In this document: piece by piece, positions 50,736-63,325 of the stretch
How positions within the stretch are numbered: position 1 is the first letter of the stretch
Layout: each line of letters starts with the position of its first letter
Assembly (NCBI GenBank): GCA_030390025.1
Contig: CM059432.1
Span: 11,718,001-11,782,000 of the forward strand
Direction of reading: 5' to 3'
Length of the DNA stretch: 64,000 nucleotides
Source of the DNA: Squalus acanthias
Lineage: Eukaryota
Translations under genes and position numbers: made by a program
The notes under the pieces: model-generated
Told to the model about the DNA's origin: nothing
Databases searched by the model: none
Seen by the model: only the letters and a program-made list of their open reading frames with translations

Positions 50736-51427
50736 GTCAGGTCCTCATAAGTCCTGTATTGCCTATATTTTCTATGGGGGGGGATTAATGTCAAAAAGAA
50801 AGAATTGCATTTATATAGCTCCTTTCACGACCTCAGGATGACCCAAAGCACTTTACAGCCAATGAAGTACTATTGAAGTGTAGTCACTGTTGTAATGTAG
50901 GAAACGCAGCAGCCAATTTGCACACAGCAAGCTCCCACAAACAGCAATCTGATAATGACCAGATAATCTGTTTTTGTTATGTTGATTGAGGGATAAATAT
51001 TGGCCATGTCACTGGGGATAACTCCCCAGCTCTTCTTCAATAGTGCCGGGGGATCTTTTACGTCCACCTTAGAGAGCAGACGGGGCCTCAGTTTAGCGTT
51101 TCATCCGAAAGACGGCACCTCCGACGGTGCAGCTCTCCCTCAGCGCTGCACTGGAGTGGAGTGTCAGCCTAGATTTATGTGTTCAAGTCTCTAGAGTGGG
51201 GCTTGAACACACAACCTTCTGACTCAAAGGCATTGAGCAAACCAAAGCTAATCCCACTGCTCTGCGCTCTTCTCATCGAAGAGCCTATACCCAAAATATG
51301 AACCCATCTTTTCTCTTTGCAGCTGCTGTTAGTCTGATGCGTGTTTCCAGCATTTTTCATTTGATTTCTGCAGCAGACCGCATTTTAGCAATTAAGTAAA
51401 TCCTTTTTTTCCCCCTCTAGTCGAATG

Positions 51428-51443
51428 TGCCACCTAGTGGCCA
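51428..51443 (-). promoter_or_regulatory. Candidate CTCF site
   Basis: Reverse complement TGGCCACTAGGTGGCA matches the CTCF core consensus; lies in apparently non-repetitive intron sequence. Confidence 0.5.
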
Positions 51444-53729
51444 AACTGTGAAATAATAAACGTTACAACCATTTTTTAATTATTATTGGTGAGCATGTTG
51501 AAGGGCCGAGGCCCCATTGTATGGAACACAACAAAGGTTGAAAAGAGTGAAAAAGAAGGCAGGGTAAATCAGGAACTAGTGATTCAAGGATGCTAAGTTT
51601 GAGTTTTAAAATCCGAAGATTGTGTAAGAAGGGAAAAAACTGAGGGAGGTAAGGAATCTCAGTTTTGAGGTCCTACAAAAAGTGATATGGAGACAGCGCA
51701 TTGAGTTTTGGTTTCTACACGTTAGGGGTGAATGTAGGGGAGGAAACCCATATCAGGACTGTGCCTTTATTACTTAGAAGGAATAGGAAAGGAAAGTTCA
51801 GAAACGCACTGACCATAATCATATAAATAAAATAGGGAAGTACAAGGAAGGTTGCGACAGAGAGAGAGAGAGATAGTTTGTAGGCTAACGGTGAAGATGG
51901 GATTACTTATCAAACAAGCTTTTTTTTGTAGAGCGCGAGACAGATAGGAGGACTTTCACAAGTATTTGAAGTCTTGGATAGACCTAGGGTAGCAATGCCT
52001 TTTTTAATTATTCATTATCAGGATGTGGGTGATGCTGGAAAGGCAACATTTATTGCCCATCCTTATTTTCCCTGAGAAGGTGGTGATGGGCCTTGTTGAA
52101 CAGTCTGCAGTCCTTGTGTTGATGACCATCCCTTGATGGTGTTCAGTAGGGAAGTCCAGGGTTTTGACCCAGTGACGATGAAGGAACAGGTAGATCTCCC
52201 TGTTGCGCTTCTCAGTGGTAAGAGATTGTGGGGGCTAAGAGGTGCTGTCAGAGTAAGCGTGGCGAATTGCAGCAGTGCATCCTGTAGATGGTACATGTTT
52301 AAGCCACAGTACGACGGTGGTGGAGGCGGTGGATATTCAGTCCAGTGGCAGGGGAAACCGGTCAACTTCAATGTTTTGTTCTGGATGGAGTCAATCTTCT
52401 TGAACGCACAAGTGTTCAGCACTGCAGCCGGGATGTTTACTGTGCCCAATGCCCTCAGTCACTTCTTAGTGTCATATGGAGTGGACCAAACTCGCTGCAT
52501 ACTGGCATCTGTTTAGTGGGGACGTCGGGAGGAGGCCGAGTGGGATCGTACACTTGGCACTTTTGGCCTGAAAACATTTGCAAACTGTTCAGCCTTGTCT
52601 CTTGCTCTCGTGTGCTGGGCTCCACCACAGTTCAGTTATTAAGGCAAGTTTGACTATTGTCTGATCCTTTTTCAAATTGTCAATTTGCTTCTTAGATACC
52701 TGATCAATGTGGGACCCTGGAGCCAGTCTGCACCGTCTTACTGTGGACATGGATATCTATGGACCCATTTTAGTTTTAAGGAATGGTTGTTCCTCTGGAA
52801 CTCAAATCCAGATCCAGACATTGTGAAACAAGCAGAATGAACACTCTGGCAACACATCACTTTATAACAGAGTTCTTTAAACTAAGCAGAAAAAATGGAG
52901 AGAAGAGAAAGCAAGAAGGAAGACTTGCATTTATATGGCACCTTGCACGACCTCAGGATGTCCCAAAGTGCTTTACAGCCAATGAAGTACTTTTGAAGTG
53001 TGGTCACTGTTGTAATGTAGGAAACGCAGCAGCCAATTTGCGCACAGAAAGCTCCCACAAACAGCAATGTGATAATGGACCAGATAATCTGTTTTTAGTG
53101 ATGTTGGTTGAGTGATAAATATTAGTCAGGGCACCAGGGAGATCTTCCCTGCTCTTCTTTCAAATAGTGCCAGGGGATCTTTTATGTCCACCTGAGGGGG
53201 CAGAAAGTCACTAAAAAAGGCTACTCTGACGTCTCTGCCAGCTTCCATTTATGGAGAGGTATTACAGTATGACCGAAGGCCCGCACTTTTCGTTGGTGAT
53301 TTCTTTTTGTCAACAGGTGGTAATCCATCGTCAGGTACAACAGTCTCCAAATCAAGTTACTGAGAAATCTACACAGGTAGAGCTTCTGTTTGCCTGATGC
53401 AAAATGCAAACCCTGTCGTTCCCCCCCCGCCACCCCCTCAGAGACACGCTACAGCTACCTAACTCCAGAGAGCTTAGGTATGGGTTAGCAGAAGCCAAAA
53501 CTTCAGATGCCCCAAGTGTGTGCAGGACTACTGATGGAGTTTGACCAGTTAACCAGTACAGAGCTTCCTGCTGCTTGTCCAGCTGTGGCTCAGTGGGCAG
53601 CACTCTCGCCTCTGAGTCCAAAGGCTGTGGGTTCAAGTCCCACTCCAGAGACTTGAGCACAAAAATCTAGGCTGACACTCCAATGCAGTGCTAAGGGAGT
53701 GCTGCACTGTCGGAGGTGCAGGCTTTTGG

Positions 53730-55127
53730 ATAAGAACATAAGAAATAGGAGCAGGAGTAGGCCATTCGGCCCTTCGAGCCTGCTCCGCCATTCAATGAGA
53801 TCATGGCTGATCTTCTGCCTCAACTCCATTCACCGGCCCTATCGCCATATCCCTTGATGCCCTTACTAGTCAGAAATCTATCGACTTCTGTTTTGAATGA
53901 CTGAGCCTCCACAGCCCTCTGGGGTAGAGAATTCCAAAGATTCACCACCCTCTGTGTGAAGAAATTTCTTCTCATCTCAGTCCTGAATGGCCTACCCTTT
54001 ATCTTGAGGCTGTGGCCCCTGGTTCTAGACTCCCCAGCCAAAGGAAACATTCCCCCAGCATCCACCCTATCAAGCCTTGTAATAATTTTGTATGCTTCAA
54101 TGAGATCCCCTCTCATTCTTCTGAATTCAAGAGAATACAGGCCTAGTTTACTCAATCTCTTCTCATACGACAGTCCCACCATCTCAAGAATCAATCTCGT
54201 GAACCTTCGTTGCACTCCCTCTATGGCAAGTATATCCTTCCTTAGGTAAGGAGACCAAAATTGTACATAGTACTCCAGCTGTGGTCTCACCAAGGCCCTA
54301 TATAATTGGAGTAAGACTTCTTTACTCCTGTACTCAAATCCTCTTGTAATGAAGGCCAGCATACCATTTGCCTTCCTAATGGCTTGCTGCACCTGCACAT
54401 TCACTTTCAGTGACTCATGTACAAGGACACCCAGGTCCCTTTGAGCATCTGCATTCCCCAATCTTTCACCATTTAGGAAATACTCTGCCTTTCTGTTTTT
54501 TCTACCAAAGTGGATAACTTCACATTTATCCACATTATATTCCATCTGCCATGTTCTCACCCACTCACTGAGCCTGTCGAGATCCCCTTGAAGCCTCTTC
54601 ACATCCTCTTCACAACTGATACTGCCACCTAGCTTTGTATCATCAGCAAATTTGGAAATGTTACATTTAGTCCCCTCATCCAAATCATTGATATAGATTG
54701 TGAATAGCTGGGGCCCAAGCATCGATCCTTGCGGTACCCCACTAGTAACAGCCAGCCATCCTGAAAAAGACCCGTTTATCCCTACTCTTTGTTTTCTGTC
54801 TGTTAACCAATTCTCAATGCATGCTAGTATATTACCCCCAATTCCATGTGCCCTAATTTTGTTCACCAACCTCTTGTGTGGGACCTTATCGAAGGCCTTC
54901 TGAAAATCCAGATACACCACATCTACCGGTTCCCCTTTGTCTACTCCACTAGTTACATCCCCAAAGAACTCAATAGGTTTGTCAAACAGGATTTCCCTTT
55001 CATAAATCCCTGTTGACTCTGCCCAATCTTACTATTAGTTTCTAAGTGCCCAGTTATTGCATCCTTTATAATAGATTCCAGCATTTTCCCAACTACTGAT
55101 GTGAGGCTAACAGGTCTGTAGTTCCCC
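53730..55127 (-). mobile_element. CR1 3' fragment (RT)
   Basis: 366-aa ORF with YLDFQKAFDKV and FADD plus CR1 3' UTR. Confidence 0.92.
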
Positions 55128-55999
55128 GATGTTAAATCGAAGCTCCGTCTACTCTCTCTCTCAGGCGGACGTAAAAGACCCCATGGTCACTATTTCGAAG
55201 AAGAGAAGGGGAGTTATCCCCGGTGTCCTGGGGCCAATATTTATCCCTCAATCAACGTTCCTAAAACAGATTATCTGGTCATTATCACATTGCTGTTTGT
55301 GGGAGCTTGCTGTGTGCAAATTGGCTGCCGTGTTTCCTACATTACAACAGGGACTACATTTCAAAAAAAGTACATAATTGGCTGTAAAGTGCTTGTTGAC
55401 GTCCGGTGGTGGTGAAAGGCGCTATATTAATGCAAGTCTTTCTTTCTTTCCAGCCAGGACTAGTCTACCAGTTGGTTGGGCCGTGGCTTGTAGCATTATT
55501 TGGAACTGAGTGACAAGTCTGCCTTTCCAGGTCACATAAATGAACCTAGCTGGTTAGTTAAATAAAAACATTGTCCTGAAATACTGCGATTATGAGGGAG
55601 ATTACATAAATTAGGCTTGAATTCCCTGGAATATAGAAGGTTAAGGGGTAGTTTGATTGAGGTTTTCAGGATTTTGAAAGGAATTGATAGGGTAGATAGA
55701 GAGAAAGTTTTCCCGCTGGTGGGGGAAAGTCTAGGACAAGGGGACATCACCTTAAAATCAGAGCCAGACCATTCAGGAGAGAAGCTAGGAAACAGCTCTT
55801 CACGCAAAGGGTGGAACTCTCTCCCACAAAAAGCAGTAGATGCTAGCTCAATTAATAATTTTAAATCTGAGCGCGATAGATTTTTGCTAGCCCAGGGTAT
55901 TAAGGGATATAGAGCCAAGGCGGGTGGGTAGAGTTAAGATACAGATCAGCCGCGATCTCATTGAATGGCAGAACAGGCTGGAGGGGCTGAATGGCCTAC

Positions 56000-56475
56000 T
56001 TTTTTTTTATTCATTCACGGGATGCGGGCGTTGCTGGCAAGGCCAGCATTTATTGCCCACCCCTAATTGCCCTCGAGAAGGTGGTGGTGAGCCGCCTTCT
56101 TGAACCGCTGCAGTCCGTGTGGTGAAGGTACTCCCACAGTCCTGACTTTGTCGTAGCGGTTTGGGAGGGCAGTTAAGAGTCAACCGCATTGCTGTGGGTC
56201 TGGAGTCACATATAGGCCAGACCGGGTGAGGACGGCAGATTTCCTTCCCTAAAGGACATTAGTGAACCAGATGGGTTTTTACGACAATCCGGTAGTTTCA
56301 TGGTCACCGTTACTGATACTAGCTTTTAAAAAAAAAAAAAATCCAGATTTATTTAATTAACTGGATTTAAATTCCCCAGCTGCCGCGGTGGGATTATGAA
56401 CTCATGTCTCCGGATCATTAGCCCCGGCCTCTGGATTACAAGCCCAGTAACATAACCATTATGCCCCCATACCCC
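56000..56475 (-). mobile_element. Second tRNA-derived SINE family (possibly MetaSINE-type); partial copy at 1-272 (+)
   Basis: tRNA-like head, core ttcactaatgtcctttagggaaggaaatctgcc, 3' tail shared with the second LINE family. Confidence 0.7.
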
Positions 56476-56577
56476 TGATCCTATGTTTCGTTTCCAATCT
56501 TCCATTGCTCGGTGTCTCATTTTGGAGCTACCTCAAGCCCAAAGAATGTAGCTTCCCTCTGCCAAGGATGATAGTGA

Positions 56578-57486
56578 TGCGGAAATGCCGGTGTTGGACT
56601 GGGGTGGACAAAAATGAGAAGTCGCACAACACCAGGTTATAGTCCAACAGTTTTATTTAAAATTACGAGCTTTCGGAGCGCTGCTCCTTCGTCAGGTACA
56701 GGTACAGTGAGGGAATATAAATCGATTACACAGTATATATACACAGAGAGCAATGTGTCTGCAGAGATACAATCTGTTAGGAAGGCATTACATCAAAGAC
56801 ACCTCAGAGTACAGCTAAGACAATGAGGTGGGTCACAGGGGGTCCAACGTGTCAAATGTTGCCGTCTGCAGTTGAGCTTTTAACTTTTTTTTTGTTTTTT
56901 TGTGGGTTTTTTTGTGTTTTTTTTTTAAACTGGAAAGACAGACAACGATGTCGAGTCACGTTCTGTAGCGTGACATGAACCCGAGATCCCTGTTGAGGCC
57001 GTCCTCATGGGTGTGGAACTTGGCTATCAGTTTCTGCTCGATGATTTTGCGCAAAATCATCGAGCAGAAACTGATAGCCAAGTTCCACACCCATGAGGAC
57101 GGCCTCAACAGGGATCTCGGGTTCATGTCACGCTACAGAACGTGACTCGACATCGTTGTCTGTCTTTCCAGTTTAAAAAAAAAACACAAAAAAACCCACA
57201 AAAAAACAAAAAAAAAGTTAAAAGCTCAACTGCAGACGGCAACATTTGACACGTTGGACCCCCTGTGACCCACCTCATTGTCTTAGCTGTACTCTGAGGT
57301 GTCTTTGATGTAATGCCTTCCTAACAGATTGTATCTCTGCAGACACATTGCTCTCTGTGTATATATACTGTGTAATCGATTTATATTCCCTCACTGTACC
57401 TGTACCTGAAGAAGGAGCAGCGCTCCGAAAGCTCGTAATTTTAAATAAAACTGTTAGACTATAACCTGGTGTTGTGCGACTTCTCA
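56578..57486. mobile_element. Penelope-like element as a head-to-head palindrome of two 3' ends
   Basis: Arms 56615-57050 and 57051-57486 with no spacer. Encodes RKIIEQKLIAKFHTHEDGLNRDLGFMSRYRT* (GIY-YIG C-terminus) at 57050-57145. Hammerhead in each arm; direct repeat caaggatgatagtga at 56563-56577 and 57485-57499. Confidence 0.9.
57403..57437 (+). ncRNA. Minimal type I hammerhead ribozyme motif (mirror copy on the minus strand at 56664-56698)
   Basis: TAC-CTGAAGA-A-GGAGC(agc)GCTCC-GAAA-GC-TC-GTA. Confidence 0.72.
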
Positions 57487-57715
57487 AGGATGATAGTGAC
57501 CACTTTAGTCATTTGGCAGGGAGCAGGTACCAGGAAGTCCACGCGAGCAGCATGACGAGCCCCTCAACTCACCATAAAATCTGTGAATGAATGGCCACCA
57601 TTCACGCATCGTACCTCATTGAAAATAACAGTGCTCTGCAGTTTGGGGAACCCATCATCGCGGTGATACACTTTCGTTTCTTTGTTTGAGCCGTGATATT
57701 TTATCTGTTTATCAG

Positions 57716-57806
57716 GAGGACAGAATTAAGATGCTGAGGAGCAGTTCCAGCGGATCAACTCTTAAGGTGGAAGACAGCTCCCCAGAGACTCCGAATGGCA
57801 AGAAAA
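57716..57806 (+). CDS. SPIRE1: SPIRE1 exon, Ser-rich linker (EDRIKMLRSSSSGSTLKVEDSSPETPNGKK)
   Basis: atcag| acceptor, |gtaagc donor, 91 nt, phase 0-1. Bridges the phases of both neighbouring exons exactly; only weak sequence similarity to mammals. Confidence 0.8.
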
Positions 57807-58289
57807 GTAAGCATGGTGGAATCTATTTGCACATGCAGTGAGTCACAGTGGACGATTGCATATTAGCGGGCTCACATACTTCTGTTATAATATTTCCAAA
57901 AATGTAAGGAGAAAGAAATGGAACTTGGCAACAACAGGTAAATATGCACCTGGAGAGACTGCCAGGAATTCGCTTCTGTGTGGTTACAGTGATTTGTTTT
58001 CAGAACTGAAATTCTTTCCTTTTGAAAATCACTTTTATTTAGGAACATAGGAACAGGAGTAGGCCATTCAACCCCTTGCGCCTGTTATAAGAAAGAACTC
58101 GCATTTATACAGCGCCTTTCACGACCTCAGGACTTCCCAAAGCGCTTTACAGCCAATGAAGTACTTTTTGAAGTGTAGTCACTGTTGTAATGTAGGAAAC
58201 ACGGCAGCCAATTTGTGCACAGCAAGCTCCCACAAACAGCAATGAGATAAATGACCAGATAATCTGTTTTAGTGATTGATTGAGGGATA

Positions 58290-59660
58290 AGAACATAAGA
58301 AATAAGAGCAGAAGTAGGTCATTTGGCCCCTCGAGCCTGCTCCGCCATTCGATAAGATCATGGCTGATCTGGTCTTGGCCTCAACTCCACTCCCTGCCTG
58401 CTCCCCATAACCCTTGACTCATTTAACATTCAAAAATCTGCCTATCTCCACCTTAAATATATTCAATGACCCAGCCTCCACAGCTCTCTGGGGTAGAGAA
58501 TTCCAAAGATTCACGACCCTCTAAGAGAAGAAATTCCTCCTCATCTCTGTTTTAAATGGGCGACTCCTTATTCTGAAACTATGCCCCCTAGTTCTAGATT
58601 CCCCCACGAGGGGAAACATCCTCCCTGCATCAATCATGTCAGGCCCCCTCAGAATCTATATGTTTCAATAAGATCACCTCTCATTCTTCTAAACTCCAAT
58701 GAGTATAGGCCCAACCTGCGCAACCTTTCTTTATAAGACAACCCCTTCATCTCAGGAATTAACCTAGTGAACCTTCTCTGAACTGCCTCCAATGCAAGTA
58801 TATCCTCCTTAAATAAGGAGACCAAAACTGTACGCTGTACTCCAGGTGTGGTCTCACCAACGCCCTGTACAGATGTAGTAAGACTTCCCTACTTTTATAC
58901 TCCATCCCCCTGTTAGGGGAAAAAAATCAATTCACCCGAGTCTGCTGAAGTAAGGTCAAACAGTTTATTTCCGACAGAATATTCTGGGAGACAGCACCAA
59001 AAACTCCGCAGCTCTGTGGGCCTACTGTCTCCCCGAGCAATACAAGGTACAGCTTTTTATACATAAATTATCCAATCATATGGATATACACAGGTCATAT
59101 GAGTCTCTTCATTAATTAGATCATTTGTACTTAACTATGTGAAAGGTTAGGAGGCCCCTTTCCTGGGTATACATTGTGTTCTGCTCTTGAGCTAATCAAT
59201 CAACCCCTGCCTGCCTGTCTGAGTCATCCCTCGTCCTGTGTCAATTCAACGGCGTCCATCTTCCGTTCTTAATTGGGTTATAATCCATCCTGAGTACATG
59301 TGGTCACTGCAGGTCCCTCAGCACACAGGCACATAATTACATTCAGTTTGTTCTTATACAATTTTAACTCCAACACCCCTTTGCAATAAAGGCCAACATT
59401 CCATTTGCCTTTCTAATTATTTGCTGTACCTGCATGCTAACTTTTTGTGGTTCATGTACAAGGACCCCCAGATCCCTCTGTACCACAGCATTTTGTAATC
59501 TCCCTCCATTTAAATAATAATTTGCTTTTTTATTTTTCCTACCAAAGTGGATAACCTCACACTTTCCCACATTATACTCCATCTGCCAAAGTTTTGCCCA
59601 CTCACTTAACCCAGCTATATCCCTTTGCAGATTCTTTGTGTCCTCTTCACAACTTGCTTT
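58290..59660 (-). mobile_element. CR1 fragment split by a solo LTR
   Basis: RT C-terminal peptides on both sides of the LTR. Confidence 0.88.
58911..59375 (-). mobile_element. Solo LTR (465 bp) inserted in CR1
   Basis: TGTT...AACA ends; 4-bp TSD CCCC. Minus-strand TATAAAA (59055-59061) followed by AATAAA (58964-58969). The host CR1 resumes seamlessly. Confidence 0.8.
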
Positions 59661-59978
59661 GTAAGTATGTAGGAAAGTATTTGTTCCCTATATCTTTCTT
59701 GCTCTTTAACTGTGGAAAGGGATCCTAAGTGATCGACATCTGTTTCCTCTGTGCCCGAGGTGCAACACCTGCCCAGCAGAGTGCATCTAGTGATCAGACC
59801 AAGAGATCAGTGCATTGCCCAATTGAGGAAAATGAGACCAAATGACAGATTTTGACAGGCCTTGAGCTCCCATTGTTCTGGTTAGGACTCATGCCTTCAG
59901 CCCTAGTATAAGGGTTCATAGATGCCGTGCTAGATTACGGGTGGCGTATCCATTTTGACGCTGCTGTTGTATCCTCAG

Positions 59979-60121
59979 CTCCTCCAATGTTCCTGCCCAT
60001 CTCCTCGACTCCACAGCCTGAACGAAGGAAGCCACCTCAGAGGCGGCACTCCATCGAGAAGGAAACACCAACCAACGTGCGCCAGTTCCTTCCTCCGTCG
60101 CGACAGAGTTCCAAGTCTCTG
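59979..60121 (+). CDS. SPIRE1: SPIRE1 exon ([47 protein letters not shown])
   Basis: ctcag| acceptor, |gtaagt donor, 143 nt, phase 1-0. Near-identical to the recalled SPIRE1 sequence. Confidence 0.97.
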
Positions 60122-61784
60122 GTAAGTGCAACATGAATGAGAGTTGTGATGGGGTTTCCACAGATCCTCCGTCACTTTTGTGAAGATGTATCTAAATGTG
60201 AGCACATTTCAAAAACAGAACTTCCAGGAAAGTTCCAAGGGGAACATTTCCATTGTGTTGCATTAGTATCAAATGTTCTCTGTCCAGCTCAGTCAGTTTT
60301 TCATCAGGTGCCATCGAAGGCTACTTTGAGCAATATATAGTTTGGGGCTTGAACTCAGCACTAACATGGACCTATAGCCGTAGTCCTTCTGCAGCACAGG
60401 TCAATGGAGATTTGGAAATTACAACACAGAAGGAGGATAGTTCTTCATCTGGAGATACTTAGTTTAATCCCATTTCCCTGCCCTTTCCCATACCCCTTTT
60501 ATATTAAATATTTATGCAGCTCCCTTTTAAGTGCTATAGTCTTGGAGAAAGTTTGGAATGCTTTGTACCCCAGGGGCCAGTGGGGAGCATGCTATTGAAC
60601 TTGTCTGGTGACACAAGGGGTCGATTTTAACCCTACCCATCCGGCAGAAACCGGGTGAGTGGGCAGTTATACACCAGTAGGTTAATTACCCACTCTGAGG
60701 AAGGCAGGAGCCTGATAAATGTACGCAAGTCAGAGTCCTATTACGTCAATAGGACCTCGATGCAATTTTAACGGGGACCCGAAGACGGAAGAGGCCTTTC
60801 TGGTGAGCAACAGGAGTGTTTCTCCGGGCTCCACAAGCAAATTTACTGCCTCTCCTGTCCCGGACTCTCCACCACCAACCCCCCTCCCCCCCTCCCCTTT
60901 CCCTACCCACGAGACCTTCCCTGAACCCTCTTCCTCACACTTATTTGGATGCCAGTGGGCGGCCCAGGACTGCCCAATCTTTGCCTGCCAGCATAGGGAC
61001 ATAGGAGCAGGAGGAGGCCATTCAGCTCCTCGAGCCTGTTCCGCCATTCAATGGGATCATGGCTGATCTGTGACCTAACTTATGTCTGAAGTTACTAATG
61101 TCAGCGCACAGACCAGGGGCTTGGATAGTGCCCAGCAGAAAGCCAAGACCCGATTTTAACCCTGCCCGCCCAGCGTGAAGGGGCGGGCGGTTAGTTAATA
61201 TGGCAGTCGAGCGCTTCTCGCTGCGTTCCTGACACGTTTGCGCCATTTTTAGTCACAGGAAAGGTACTTGCTACAGTCCCCAGAAGGAAACCTTGGGTCT
61301 CCCCTCGATCGCCTGCGGACCCTCCCCCACCACCGCTTACCTCATGTTGGGGATCGTTCCCTCAGGCCCCCCCCCCCCCCGGCCTTCCTCCCCCACCCTG
61401 GCACCAACCTTCTACCACCCAAAATCCCACTCACACCCACCGGCCAGGTTAGCAGGGGGAGTCCGATCTCTGAAATGTTAATGAGGCCCTGGAGTTAGAA
61501 TTTCCTGGGCTTCCCGCCAACAGCGTCATGGGAGGTTTCCATTCCACCCTGGCACCCACCAACCACACTCTCGCCCCAATTTCACATCTTAAGCTTGCGT
61601 TGAGCTTCATTGGAACAGTGTAGGAGACCCAAAACCAAGTATGAATGGGAGGCAGAGTTAAACTGTTGAGCTCACAGTCACACTTGCAGACAGGTCCAAG
61701 GTATTCAACCACCTAATTTTCATTTGGTCTACCCAATGTAGAGGAGATACCATTTATTTCCATTGACTTAAAAGTCAATATAAG

Positions 61785-63325
61785 AACATAAGAACTAAGA
61801 GCAAGTATATCCCTCCTTAAATAAGGAAACCAAAACTGTACGCAGTACTCCAGGTGTGGTCTCACAATTGTAGCAAGACTTCCTTACTATTGTACTCCAA
61901 CCCCCTTGCAATAAAGGCCAACATGCCATTTGCCTTCCTAATTGCTTGCTGTACCTGCATGCTAACTTTCTGTGGTTCTTGTACTGGGACACCTAAATCT
62001 CTCTGAACACCAACATTTAATGGTTTCTCACCATTTAATAGTTTCTCACCATTTAAAAAATATTCTGTTTTCCTATTCTTCCTACCAAAGTGAATAACCT
62101 CACATTTCCCCACATTATACTCCATCTGCCACCTTATTGCCCACTCACTTAACCTGTCTATGTCCCTTTGCAGACTCTTTGGGGGAGAAATTCAGTATCG
62201 CCCCATTTGGGGCGCAATTATCGGCCGGGCGCAAAGATTAGCGCCTGGCGCTAATTATCGCCACCGACTGCAAACTTGACTTTTATCGCCCCTGGAGGTG
62301 ATTGGAGCGCTAAATCAGGCGCTTCACACCTGTCTTAAGGCGCAAAGGCCGAGGAGCGAGGCGCTAACTCAGAGCGCTGGCGAAGCTCATGTGATGTCAG
62401 TCAGCAATGGAACACACACACAATGGCACGGGCCAGTTCTTAAAGGGGAGGGTTGATCTTGCTTTCCATCCACATCCTGCTCATTGCTGCCTTGAATCTC
62501 GGCCCGGAGAGACCTGTACATCAAACCTTCAGGAAAGAACAATGGAGAGGCCCAGGGAAAGAGCTCAGAGTGCAGCCCCCACAATCTCTTCTAAATCGAT
62601 ACAAGGAAGGGCAAATCAAAATGAACCTGCAAAGTGCTGCTCAGTACCCAAAACTCCTTCACACAGAGTTGAATCTCTCCGGAAGTCTCTCTCTCTCTCT
62701 CTCTCTCTCAGACTGCGTGGTTCAAAGATGTCACCAACAATAAAAGGCAGGAAGCGGTCGCCTTTAAATAGCGCTCCCCCAGTCCCTTCCTGACTGCAAA
62801 ACGCTCCCCTCAACCTGTCGTTGCTAGCGGCAGGCGGTAAGGCAGGGGGCGCCACTCAATATCCACTCCGGGGCGCTACCGGGGCGTTGCGCACTCGACT
62901 GACGTCACGGTCTGCCGGCGCAGGAGATCGTGGCGGTAGTATTTAGCGCCGCCGCAAAATGTCTAGTTAATTTCTCGAGCGGCGTAAACATTGCCGCACC
63001 CGGGCGCTAGTTGCTTTGCGCCCCATTATCGCCCTCTAAAGGCGCTAACGGGAGGCGCATCCAACTGAATTTTTCCCCCTTTGTGTCCTCCTCACAGCTT
63101 ACTTTCCTACCTAGCTTTGTATCATCAGCAAACTTGGATACATTACACTCGGTCCCTTCATCTAAGTCATTAATATAGATTGTAAATAGCTGAGGCCCAA
63201 GCACTGATCCTTGTGACACCCCACTAGTTATGGCCTGCCAACCTGAAAATGACCTGTTTATCCCTACTCTCTGTTTTCTGTCTGTTAACCAATCCTCTAT
63301 CCATGCTAATACATCACCCCCAACC
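61785..63325 (-). mobile_element. CR1 fragment split by a MITE
   Basis: QGSVLGPQLF..FADD at 63007-63219 continues at 61862-62180. Confidence 0.88.
62181..63079 (-). mobile_element. MITE family A copy
   Basis: Same TIRs; TSD TTT; splits a CR1 RT fragment. Confidence 0.85.
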
